Shown piece after piece: positions 26,835 through 36,101 of a DNA stretch of 64,000 bases; positions within the stretch are counted from its first letter, which is position 1; each line of letters opens with the position of its first letter. The stretch lies in NCBI GenBank assembly GCA_963677925.2, contig CAXXYH010000004.1:992001-1056000 (forward strand), in the 5' to 3' direction. The notes under the pieces are model-generated. The model worked only from the letters and a program-made list of their open reading frames with translations, searched no databases and was not told where the DNA came from. Position numbers and translations under genes: made by a program. This DNA is from Spirochaetia bacterium (GTDB taxonomy: Bacteria; Spirochaetota; Spirochaetia; UBA9216).

Positions 26835-28547
26835 ATGGGTAATGCACACGTTTGCATAGATAAAAAATGGTGGAAACAAGCGGTCGTTTATCAGATCTAT
26901 CCCCGTAGTTTTTATGATTCAAATGGCGACGGAATAGGTGATCTTAGAGGAATAATCGAAAAGATAGATTATATCAGTTCTCTGGGAATAGATGTTATCT
27001 GGCTGAATCCAGTCTACGAATCGCCGAATGATGACAACGGATATGATATAAGCAACTATTTCGGAATAATGCAGGAATTCGGTACGATGAGTGACTGGGA
27101 GGAGCTTCTTTCTGCTGTCCATGAACATGGGATGAAATTGATCATGGATCTTGTAGTGAATCATACCTCAGATGAACATCAATGGTTTGTTCAGTCCCGA
27201 TCTTCAAGGGAAAACCGCTACCGTGACTACTATATCTGGCATGATGCCGTTGATGGACATGAGCCCAGTGACTGGGGATCGCATTTCTCCGGCTCAGCCT
27301 GGCAGTGGGATGAGCAGACCGGACAATACTATCTGCACCTGTTTACCAGAAAGCAGCCGGACCTGAACTGGGAGAATGAAGCGGTACGCAAAGATGTTTT
27401 TACGATGATGAGGTGGTGGCTGGACAAGGGCATTGACGGGTTCCGGATGGATACTATAAACATGCTTTCAAAGATTCCCGGATTTCCTTCGGTTGAAAAG
27501 AAGTTCGACGGTAAATTCCGCTACGCAGGGAAGTATTTTAATAACGGCCCTAGAATTCATGAGTTTTTGAAGGAAATGAACCGGAAAACCCTGTCGGATT
27601 ACGACATCATGACCGTCGGCGAGTGTCCGGATGTATCCCCCGAAACAGCATTGAAGTATGTCGCACCGGAGGAAAAAGAGCTTAATATGCTATTTCAATT
27701 CGAGCATATGAGCGTGGATTATATAAACGGAAGCAAGTGGGATATGATTCCCTTTGATCTGGTTAAATTTAAATCGGTCATCTCAAAATGGCAGACCGGA
27801 ATGCACGGCAGAGGCTGGAACAGCAACTATCTGATGAACCATGATCAGCCCAGGGCTGTTTCGCGTTATGGAAATGAAGGTCGTTATCGTAAAGAATCTG
27901 CGAAAATGCTGCTTGCTTTTACTCTTACACTCGAAGGAACGCCTTATATTTATCAGGGCGAAGAGATTGGTATGATAAATTCAGGTCTGACTGACATCAG
28001 TCAGTATCGGGATGTAGAAGTTAAAAATCATTATAAAGAAGTTCAGGCTGCCGGAGGTGATACCTCTGCTGCAGTAAAAAGATATATGAAAATGAGCCGG
28101 GATAATGCAAGAACCCCTATGCAGTGGTCCGGTTCTCTCAATGCCGGATTTTCAACCGGGACCCCCTGGATTGAACCCGGTCACAGCTGGAAAGAAATCA
28201 ATGTGGAGAAAGATCTTTCAGAGCCCGACTCTGTAATTGAATTCTTTCGAAAAGCAGTGAGTTTGAGAAAGAAGAATGAAGAGCTGATTTATGGAAGCTA
28301 CGAAATTCTTGCAGAGAAACATTCTGCTATCTTTGCCTATCATAGAAAACTCGAAAAGAACATTTCAACAGTTATCCTTAATTTCAGCACGGAAGAAATC
28401 AGTCTTAATACCGATGAACTGATGCAGTTAAAAACTGCAGCCGAAACCGGTGAACTAATGCTCTGCAACTATAGTGATCTGCTTCCGGATGAAAAAACAG
28501 TGATTAGACCCTTCGAAGTAAGGGTATATAAAAAGATCAATAATTAA
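26835..28547 (+). CDS. GH13 alpha-glucosidase / oligo-1,6-glucosidase
   Basis: YQIYPRSF.DSNGDG.GD, DLVVNHTS, QPDLNW, DGFRMD, NHDQPR, SRDNARTPMQW. Confidence 0.93.
   Translation: MGNAHVCIDKKWWKQAVVYQIYPRSFYDSNGDGIGDLRGIIEKIDYISSLGIDVIWLNPVYESPNDDNGYDISNYFGIMQEFGTMSDWEELLSAVHEHGMKLIMDLVVNHTSDEHQWFVQSRSSRENRYRDYYIWHDAVDGHEPSDWGSHFSGSAWQWDEQTGQYYLHLFTRKQPDLNWENEAVRKDVFTMMRWWLDKGIDGFRMDTINMLSKIPGFPSVEKKFDGKFRYAGKYFNNGPRIHEFLKEMNRKTLSDYDIMTVGECPDVSPETALKYVAPEEKELNMLFQFEHMSVDYINGSKWDMIPFDLVKFKSVISKWQTGMHGRGWNSNYLMNHDQPRAVSRYGNEGRYRKESAKMLLAFTLTLEGTPYIYQGEEIGMINSGLTDISQYRDVEVKNHYKEVQAAGGDTSAAVKRYMKMSRDNARTPMQWSGSLNAGFSTGTPWIEPGHSWKEINVEKDLSEPDSVIEFFRKAVSLRKKNEELIYGSYEILAEKHSAIFAYHRKLEKNISTVILNFSTEEISLNTDELMQLKTAAETGELMLCNYSDLLPDEKTVIRPFEVRVYKKINN
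26842..26857 (+). promoter_or_regulatory. Second, intragenic LacI operator
   Basis: Exact copy of ATGCACACGTTTGCAT within codons 3-8 of the GH13 gene. Confidence 0.7.
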
Positions 28548-28557
28548 GGAGTGACAC

Positions 28558-29904
28558 ATGAAAAAGATGAGAGTTTTATGGACCATCCTGGTGATGCTTT
28601 TGACCGTATCCGGCCTTGTATTTGCCGGCGGTTCACAGGAACCTGCAGAGGAAGCACCGGCTGTCGAGGCTGCAGATGGTGGTATGGTAACACTGAATAT
28701 CGCTACAGGAAGCGTTGGAACAGAATACGAACTGCTTCAGAAACAGATTAAACGGTATGAGGCTTCCCACCCCAATATCAAGATCAATGCTCTTGATACT
28801 CCGGACCTTGCAACTGATAGACTCGGCCTGTACCTGCAGTTTTTTGAGGCAAAGAGTTCCGAGCTTGATATCTACATGATAGATGTTATCTGGCCCGGAG
28901 ATCTGGCCGAGCATTTTGTAGATCTGTATAAGTACGGTGCAAAGGCTCAGGCTTCTGAGCATTTCCCCGCAATTGTAAAAAACAACACTGTTGACGGCAA
29001 ACTGGTTGGAATGCCATGGTTTACCGATGCCGGACTTCTTTACTACAGAAAAGATCTGCTTGAAAAATATGGTTACAATAATCCTCCTGCAACCTGGGAT
29101 GAACTGACGGCAATGTCCAAAAAAATTCAGGATGGTGAAAGAAAAGCCGGTAACCAGGATTTCTGGGGATATGTATGGCAGGGTAACGCATATGAAGGAC
29201 TTACCTGCGACGCTCTTGAATGGGTTTATTCAAACGGCGGAGGCACTATAGTAAGCGCCGACAAGAAGATTACAATCAACAATCCGGCTGCGGTTGAAGC
29301 AATTGAAATGGCGGCTTCATGGGTAGGTACAATATCACCTGCAGGCGTTACCGGCTTCGGTGAAGAAGATTCCCGTGCGGTATGGCAGGCCGGAAACGCA
29401 GCATTTATGAGAAACTGGCCCTACGCATACGGACTGGGAAATGCCGATGATTCAGTAATAAAAGGCAAGTTTGATGTTGTACCCCTTCCAAGCGGAAAAT
29501 CAGGCCATGGCGCTGCAGCACTCGGCGGATGGCAGCTGGGTGTAAGCAAGTATTCAAAGAATCCTCAGGCTGCTGTTGATTTCCTCCTCTGGCTCACCGG
29601 GAAGGAAGAGCAGAAATTCAAGGCTATCGAAGGCAGCAACAATCCAACCTTCAAGGCTGTATATGATGATCCTGAACTTGAGCAGAAGATGCCATTTATG
29701 ATCAAGCTTTACGATGTATTTATGAACGCAGCAGCAAGACCATCAACTGCAACAGCACCGAAATATAATGAAACTTCAGTTGCGTTTTTTACCGCAGTAC
29801 ATTCAGTGCTGACAGGTGAAATGGATGCTGCAACTGCTCTGGAAGAGCTTGAACTTGATCTTGAGGATCTGCTCGGTTATCCGACGGGAGCTCCTCAGAA
29901 ATAA
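28558..29904 (+). CDS. Trehalose/maltose-type sugar ABC transporter substrate-binding protein
   Basis: Spirochaete-type FAGG signal; DVIWPG, PWFTDAGLLYYRKDLL, YEGLTC, FMRNWPYA, LGGWQL. Confidence 0.88.
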   Translation: MKKMRVLWTILVMLLTVSGLVFAGGSQEPAEEAPAVEAADGGMVTLNIATGSVGTEYELLQKQIKRYEASHPNIKINALDTPDLATDRLGLYLQFFEAKSSELDIYMIDVIWPGDLAEHFVDLYKYGAKAQASEHFPAIVKNNTVDGKLVGMPWFTDAGLLYYRKDLLEKYGYNNPPATWDELTAMSKKIQDGERKAGNQDFWGYVWQGNAYEGLTCDALEWVYSNGGGTIVSADKKITINNPAAVEAIEMAASWVGTISPAGVTGFGEEDSRAVWQAGNAAFMRNWPYAYGLGNADDSVIKGKFDVVPLPSGKSGHGAAALGGWQLGVSKYSKNPQAAVDFLLWLTGKEEQKFKAIEGSNNPTFKAVYDDPELEQKMPFMIKLYDVFMNAAARPSTATAPKYNETSVAFFTAVHSVLTGEMDAATALEELELDLEDLLGYPTGAPQK

Positions 29905-29941
29905 AACATTTCCAATACCCTGAATCGGGGCCATTAAAATT

Positions 29942-29970
29942 TCCGGCGGAGGAGCTGATCTTCCGCCGGA
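29942..29970 (+). other. Intercistronic stem-loop after the SBP gene (mRNA stabiliser or partial terminator)
   Basis: TCCGGCGGAGGA-GCTGA-TCTTCCGCCGGA. Confidence 0.6.
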
Positions 29971-29990
29971 TAAATTTTCAGGAGAATGGA

Positions 29991-31049
29991 ATGAAAAACA
30001 TGATTAATAAACAGTCAGCCCTTTCGCGCAATGAGGCCAGACTCGCCATAATGCTTCTGGTGCCGACCTTCCTTGTTCTTATTGTAATAGCCTTTTATCC
30101 TCTAGGTTCTGTCTTTGTTACAAGTATGACTAATCGGGTTTTTGCCAGTTCTGAAGAGCAGAATTTTGTCGGTGTACAGAATTATAGAAAACTGATGAGC
30201 ATAACGGTAAAGGTCCTTCCCCGGGTGATTGATGAAAAAACCGGTGAAGAAGTATTTGAACGCCCTGTCAGAGTCCTGCCAAGGGAGCCTTTCAGATACA
30301 AGGAGTTAAAACAGTTCAATTTTCTGGGGAAACGTTATGTTATTGGAGCAACTGACAGGGAATTTGTCCGCTCGGTTACTGATACCCTGACATTTACTGT
30401 TGCATCAGTTCTTATCGAAACAATTCTGGGGCTGGTAGTAGCTCTTGTGCTGAATATGAAATTTAAAGGACGCGGGATTATGCGGGCTGTGATGCTTATC
30501 CCCTGGGCTATACCGACAGCTGTTTCCTCAAGAATTTGGGAGTGGATGTTCGCTTCATCAAGAATCGGTTTTTTCAATGTCCTTTTTCAGTCTCTTGGCT
30601 GGTCTGACGGGCAGTTTGCCTTTATTACAAATTCTGCCAGTCAGCTCTGGGTTATGGTTGCTATTGATGTCTGGAAAACAACCCCCTTCATGGCCCTTTT
30701 AATTCTGGCCGGACTGCAGCTTATGCCGGGACAGATGTATGAAGCGGCAAGAGTGGACGGAGCCGGTAAAATCAGGCAGTTTTTTACACTGACGCTGCCG
30801 TTGCTCAGGCCTACACTGGCGGTTGCCCTGATATTCAGAACCCTTGATGCTCTTCGGGTTTTTGACCTCTTCCAGATTGTGCTTGCCCAGAAAAGATACT
30901 CGATGGCAAGTTTTACCTACTACCAGCTGATTGATAACCAGGCTATGGGATACTCATCAGCCTCGAGTGTTATCATTTTTACAATAATTCTGATATTTAC
31001 CGTTATTTATATAAAAATGGTCGGTGGAGTAGGGGGCAGCAATGACTAG
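29991..31049 (+). CDS. Sugar ABC transporter permease
   Basis: LIPWAIP, DVWKTTPF, YEAARVDGA (EAA loop). Confidence 0.92.
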   Translation: MKNMINKQSALSRNEARLAIMLLVPTFLVLIVIAFYPLGSVFVTSMTNRVFASSEEQNFVGVQNYRKLMSITVKVLPRVIDEKTGEEVFERPVRVLPREPFRYKELKQFNFLGKRYVIGATDREFVRSVTDTLTFTVASVLIETILGLVVALVLNMKFKGRGIMRAVMLIPWAIPTAVSSRIWEWMFASSRIGFFNVLFQSLGWSDGQFAFITNSASQLWVMVAIDVWKTTPFMALLILAGLQLMPGQMYEAARVDGAGKIRQFFTLTLPLLRPTLAVALIFRTLDALRVFDLFQIVLAQKRYSMASFTYYQLIDNQAMGYSSASSVIIFTIILIFTVIYIKMVGGVGGSND

Positions 31050-31908
31050 TAAAGCCGGAAAAATAACCGGAAAGGTTCTTTTCTATATTCTGCTGATATT
31101 TATTTTTATTGAGATGATCTTCCCTTTCTACTGGGCGGTGATCTCCTCGTTCAAGACTGAAGCTCAGTTGATGATGACACCTGCAACAATGCTCCCGCGA
31201 GATCCGGAAACTCTCAGGTTTTCAATGACCTTTCAGAACTTCAGAGCTGTATTCGGTAATAAAGCATTCTTGCGCGGACTTGGAAACAGTGCTGTTGTTG
31301 CAGTTTCAGTAACTGTGCTGTCGCTGTGCTTCGGTTCATTTGCAGCCTTTGCCTTCGGCAAGCTTCGTTTCAGATTCAAGAATGCATCACTTTATGTAAT
31401 TCTTGCTATGACAATGTTTCCGCAGGTTTCGGTTCTTACAGGGCTGTATGCAGTAGTCAGGGCTTTGAATATATCTGCTGTTCCCGGGATGATTTTCACT
31501 TATCTGCTTTTCACATTACCCTTTACTGTATGGGTGCTGACGAACTTCTTCCGCGGCCTTCCTGATTCACTTCTGCAGGCTGCACAGGTTGACGGGGCAA
31601 CCCCATTTCAGAGCTTTTTTAAAATACTGCTGCCCCTTACAGCTCCGGCTCTTGTTACAACCGGACTTCTGGCATTTATTCAGGCCTGGAATGAATACCT
31701 CTTTGCGCTTACCTTTACTTCTTTTGAGCCTGAGTCAAGAACAGTGCCTGTTGTAATAGCTCTTTTTTCGGGTGAGGTTGCCTACCAGCAGCCCTTCGGT
31801 GAAATAATGGCCGCAGCAATACTGGTGACAATTCCGCTGCTTGTTCTGGTTTTTATTTTCCAGAAAAAGATTGTGGAAGGACTCACATCGGGGGCTGTAA
31901 AGGGATAG
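31042..31908 (+). CDS. Sugar ABC transporter permease
   Basis: AAQVDGA, AWNEYLFAL, GLTSGAVKG. Confidence 0.92.
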   Translation: MTSKAGKITGKVLFYILLIFIFIEMIFPFYWAVISSFKTEAQLMMTPATMLPRDPETLRFSMTFQNFRAVFGNKAFLRGLGNSAVVAVSVTVLSLCFGSFAAFAFGKLRFRFKNASLYVILAMTMFPQVSVLTGLYAVVRALNISAVPGMIFTYLLFTLPFTVWVLTNFFRGLPDSLLQAAQVDGATPFQSFFKILLPLTAPALVTTGLLAFIQAWNEYLFALTFTSFEPESRTVPVVIALFSGEVAYQQPFGEIMAAAILVTIPLLVLVFIFQKKIVEGLTSGAVKG

Positions 31909-31910
31909 AA

Positions 31911-34238
31911 ATGAAAAGCGGAACAGACCGAATATCCGGCTTCCCTGTGGAGCCCTGGAAAATAACTGAAACAGAATATATTCCGGAAGCGCTTGAGAAA
32001 AATGCAACAATATTTTTTCTCGGAAACGGATACATGGGAATCCGGGGCGGCCGGGAGGAAGCTGACGGGTCGGACGGCGCTTCTCACAAGGGTCTGTTTG
32101 TTAACGGCTTTTATGAAACGGCACCCCAGATTTACGGCGAGTCAGCCTTCGGGTTTCCGGATAAAAAGCAGGCAATGCTCAATCTTCCTGATCAGACTGA
32201 TATATGTTTCTATGTAAACGCCGACCGGTTTTCACTATGTGATGGCGAAATCCTGTCCTACAGCAGAACTCTCGATCTGTCTGAGGGCCTTCTTCTGCGG
32301 GATATTAAGTGGAGATCCCCATCGGGAATAATTGTTGAATATAAAAGTACAAGATGTGTTTCTCTTGTCAGACCGCACTGTGCAGTACTTAGTGTTCAGG
32401 TTCGTTTATCCGAATCGCACGCGGATATCAGGCTTGTTTCAAAGTCCTGGCTTAAGACGGTTTCTCACCGGGAGGATAAAAGCGATCCGCGAACCGGTGC
32501 CGGATTCAGGCATCAGCCGCTTGAACTGCAGGATGTTAAGGATGAAGGCTCATCAATGTCTGCAGAATTCAAAACCCTCAATAGTGGTCTTGTTTTCGCA
32601 TGCGCTGCAGGGCATCAGACAGATGAAAACCTCGAGTTTTTGTCCTGTGTAAAAGGTGATAACAGTATAGATTTTACTTTTACCGGAACAGGTATTTCCG
32701 GATTCAAAATCGACCGCTTTATAACCTGCTGTACATCCACAGATGTTGATAAATCATCCCCTTTGATTCGGGCAGAAAAAGAACTTGAAGACATACAGAA
32801 TGAGGGGGCTGACAGGATAATAAGCGAGCACCGTGAGCATGTTGCCGGATTCTGGGAACGTTCTGATCTGCAGATTGAAGGTGATGATTCTCTGCAGCAG
32901 GGAATACGTTTCAACCTTTTTTCGGTGTATCAGTCCGCCGGGCGTGACGGTCGCCGTAATATAGCTGCGAAGGGCTTAAGCGGCGAGGGTTACGAGGGAC
33001 ATTACTTCTGGGATACCGAGATCTATGTTCTGCCCTTTATGTTTTATACAAATCCGGGAATTGCGGGGAAGCTTCTTGAATACCGCTACAGCATTCTTGA
33101 TGCTGCAAGAGCCCGGGCAGAAATTATGAATGAGTCCGGAGCTCTTTTTCCCTGGCGAACTATTAACGGTGAGGAAGCTTCTGCTTATTTTCCTGCAGGA
33201 ACCGCCCAGTATCATATTAACGCCGATATTGCCTATGGGGTACAGAAATATGTCGAGGTTTCAGCAGATTATGATTTTCTAATTACCTGCGGAGCGGAGA
33301 TACTGTTTGAAACCGCCAGGATGTGGATGAGCCTTGGGTTTTTCAGTCCGGAAGGAGACAGCTTTTTTATTAACGGGGTAACCGGGCCGGATGAGTATAC
33401 CGCAATTGTGAACAATAATTTTTTTACAAATATAATGGCTGCTAATAATCTGGAGTATGCGGTAATCACTGCGGATTTTCTGCAGAAGACTGAATCCGGA
33501 AAACTAGGTCAGCTGAGAGAGCGGCTGAAGCTTAAGGTCTCCGAGATTGATGCATGGCGAAGAGCTTTTGAAAATATGTATCTTCCCTATAATGCCGAAC
33601 TTGGCATTTACCGTCAGGATGATGCTTTTCTGCTGAAAGAGATCTGGGATTTTAATACTACACCGGAAGATAAATATCCCCTCCTTCTTCATTTTCATCC
33701 TCTTGTTATCTACCGTCATCAGGTTCTGAAGCAGCCTGATGTTGTTCTTGCTGAATTTCTGCTGGGTAACCGCTTTCCGCCCGAGCAGAAGAAACGCGAT
33801 TTTGATTATTATAATGCTATCACAACCGGAGACTCGTCGCTTGCTCCATGTGTGCAGAGTATAATGGCTTCCGAACTTGGATATTCAGACCTGGCTTACG
33901 ACTACTTTATAAAAACCGCACGTATGGATCTGGATGATGTTAATGGGAATGTTTCAGACGGAGTGCACATTGCTGCAATGGGCGGCACATGGCTTTCTAT
34001 AGTCTGCGGTTTTGCCGGAATGAGAGATTATAACGGCTTTCTTTCGTTTAATCCTGCAATTCCAAAGAGATGGAAGAGTCTTTCATTCCATCTTAAAAAA
34101 GAAGCTGAGGTGCTGGGCCTGCGACTTTCACAGGCAGAGACCGAATATGAACTGCTTGAAGGGTTCAGCATTACTTTCTCGCATAAGGGTGAAGAGTTCA
34201 GGCTTAAATCGGGTGAGTCTGTTGTTATAAAAAACTAA
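31911..34238 (+). CDS. GH65 alpha-glucoside (trehalose/maltose/kojibiose) phosphorylase
   Basis: GNGYMGIRG, AKGLSGEGYEGHYFWDTE, PWRTI, GPDEY, KQPDV, DSSL. Confidence 0.92.
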   Translation: MKSGTDRISGFPVEPWKITETEYIPEALEKNATIFFLGNGYMGIRGGREEADGSDGASHKGLFVNGFYETAPQIYGESAFGFPDKKQAMLNLPDQTDICFYVNADRFSLCDGEILSYSRTLDLSEGLLLRDIKWRSPSGIIVEYKSTRCVSLVRPHCAVLSVQVRLSESHADIRLVSKSWLKTVSHREDKSDPRTGAGFRHQPLELQDVKDEGSSMSAEFKTLNSGLVFACAAGHQTDENLEFLSCVKGDNSIDFTFTGTGISGFKIDRFITCCTSTDVDKSSPLIRAEKELEDIQNEGADRIISEHREHVAGFWERSDLQIEGDDSLQQGIRFNLFSVYQSAGRDGRRNIAAKGLSGEGYEGHYFWDTEIYVLPFMFYTNPGIAGKLLEYRYSILDAARARAEIMNESGALFPWRTINGEEASAYFPAGTAQYHINADIAYGVQKYVEVSADYDFLITCGAEILFETARMWMSLGFFSPEGDSFFINGVTGPDEYTAIVNNNFFTNIMAANNLEYAVITADFLQKTESGKLGQLRERLKLKVSEIDAWRRAFENMYLPYNAELGIYRQDDAFLLKEIWDFNTTPEDKYPLLLHFHPLVIYRHQVLKQPDVVLAEFLLGNRFPPEQKKRDFDYYNAITTGDSSLAPCVQSIMASELGYSDLAYDYFIKTARMDLDDVNGNVSDGVHIAAMGGTWLSIVCGFAGMRDYNGFLSFNPAIPKRWKSLSFHLKKEAEVLGLRLSQAETEYELLEGFSITFSHKGEEFRLKSGESVVIKN

Positions 34239-34286
34239 TGCGGTTTTTACTGCAAAATTCATCAGGCTGTATTATGCTGTAAGTAT

Positions 34287-35219
34287 ATGGAAGTTCAGAA
34301 TCCTTCTATCCTGCTGCCTTTCTCTCCTGCTGAAAATGTCCTTGAATCACGTGATTTTTTCATTTACCTCAGACCTGAAACAAACGGTGTAGAGATAGAA
34401 AGTCTTATTATGAGGGCGGCCAGAGAGGAAGAGAACTGCAGGGACCGCTTCAGTCTGGTATATCTGGCAAATTTCCCCGGCGGATTTATCTCGCAAAAGG
34501 GCCTTGTAGAGCATCATTACCGGATAAGACTTCTTTTTGCGCTTAAAGGGAAGTCTCTGTTTACAAAATATATGAAGAAGGTTTTTAAGGCCTATTACCG
34601 TAAATCTTTTGAGAAAGCGGAGATTATAGGCCCATATGACGCAATGAAGCAGCTCGATCTGAGTGAAGAAGAGCTTTTTAACCTCTGGGTGCAGCCTTCG
34701 GATATGCTTGTGATAAACGGCCAGACAATAAAAAGGTATAAAAATATTTTCATTTTAAATTACGATATCCCGGCTCTTCTTAACAGAAATGACCGCCATA
34801 CCGACATTGCTGTTATGGTTTTTCGGACGGCCGGCAATAACGGTGAAATAAGAAACCTTATCGATGCGATTGAATCAAGACTTTCTCAATCAGGTATTAT
34901 AAATACAAAATCTTCCTCTGGAAGGGTTTTTCATTATTCAAAGGGTCCTTTCGAAGAACTGCTGGACAGTACCGGTTTTCTTTATGATACTACCATCAGA
35001 AATATTCCGCTCTCGCAAACTACTTTCGGCAGGTATCTTATTGGAAAGGGCGTGCAGATAAATGAAATTGAGGGCTGCCTCAGGCATCCGATTATGTATT
35101 TCAGAAAAGACGACGGCCGGTTTGTTGAAAATGATATTTATACCTACACAAGGGACCTGAGTTATGATGAAGCCTGGGAAAGGCTTCAGTCGGTTTATGT
35201 TCAAAGATATCTGATTTAA
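34287..35219 (+). CDS. Hypothetical protein, possibly divergent nucleoside-diphosphate-kinase fold
   Basis: 310 aa ORF; FFIYLRPE, LVEHHY and FHYSKGPFE resemble NDK motifs (inference). Confidence 0.55.
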   Translation: MEVQNPSILLPFSPAENVLESRDFFIYLRPETNGVEIESLIMRAAREEENCRDRFSLVYLANFPGGFISQKGLVEHHYRIRLLFALKGKSLFTKYMKKVFKAYYRKSFEKAEIIGPYDAMKQLDLSEEELFNLWVQPSDMLVINGQTIKRYKNIFILNYDIPALLNRNDRHTDIAVMVFRTAGNNGEIRNLIDAIESRLSQSGIINTKSSSGRVFHYSKGPFEELLDSTGFLYDTTIRNIPLSQTTFGRYLIGKGVQINEIEGCLRHPIMYFRKDDGRFVENDIYTYTRDLSYDEAWERLQSVYVQRYLI

Positions 35220-35220
35220 T

Positions 35221-35254
35221 AAAAAGAACCCCTCCCTGTTGGTGAGGGAGGGGT
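35221..35254 (-). terminator. Terminator between the convergent hypothetical gene and hsp20
   Basis: AAAAAGA-ACCCTCCCT-GTTGGTG-AGGGAGGGT. Confidence 0.7.
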
Positions 35255-35278
35255 CTGGAGGGGGAGGATCTGTGAAGA

Positions 35279-35728
35279 CTATTTAGCCTTTATTGTAATT
35301 GTTTTGGGCTGAGCCTTGGGGATCTTTCTGATATCAAGAACCAGAAGTCCATCCTTGAATAGTGCTTCTATATTATCTTTATCCGCCTCTTTAGGCAGGA
35401 CAAATGTTCTGGTGAAACTTCTGCTGTTTCTTTCTCTGATAAGAAATTTCACTTCTTCTTTTTCTTCAGATTTCTTTTCAACTTCTGCATTTTCTGAAGC
35501 GGAAATCGTCAGCAGATTATTGTCGATTTTAATTTCAACATCGTCTTTTCCATATCCCGGAAGTTCTACACTCAGTTCGTATCCGCCTTCTTTTTCTACC
35601 ACGTCTACGGCGGGGAATCTGGATGCTTTATAGCTGCTGCTGTTTGGAGTAAATAATGAATCCATCATCTTGTCCATCTCATTAAAAATACTCATTGTTT
35701 TTGGTCTGTATGTTGTTATTGCTGTCAT
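35279..35728 (-). CDS. Small heat-shock protein (Hsp20/alpha-crystallin)
   Basis: P.VDV.E, ELPG, F.RTF.LP, A.FKDGLL. Confidence 0.95.
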   Translation of the reverse strand: MTAITTYRPKTMSIFNEMDKMMDSLFTPNSSSYKASRFPAVDVVEKEGGYELSVELPGYGKDDVEIKIDNNLLTISASENAEVEKKSEEKEEVKFLIRERNSRSFTRTFVLPKEADKDNIEALFKDGLLVLDIRKIPKAQPKTITIKAK

Positions 35729-35770
35729 TTTACGACTCCTTAATTGTTTTCGTTTTTACATTTACTATAA

Positions 35771-35786
35771 AGCATAAGCCGTGCCA
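35771..35786 (-). promoter_or_regulatory. sigma54 promoter of hsp20
   Basis: Minus strand TGGCAC-GGCTT-ATGCT, about 42 nt upstream of the ATG. Confidence 0.8.
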
Positions 35787-36101
35787 AAAATTATAAAAAT
35801 GAGAACAAATAAGTTTAAAAAGCCAAATATTCCGGGAATACGCCTGGCTGAGGCTGAAATGGACGAGTTTGCGGGCTTTTTTATTCATTTTTAAGCCTGA
35901 TAGACACAGATTTTTGAATAATGTACAAATATTGAACAATAGTTTATCAATACAAATGCTATAATGTGTCATTATGACATTGGTAGCGCAGATTGACCTA
36001 TGGCTGTGTCGAAATGACCCATTCGATGAATTAAGCTATGCAAAATGGGCCATCATTTCTCCCTGCTTGCTGATATATAGCATAAAGAGTATAATTGCTG
36101 C

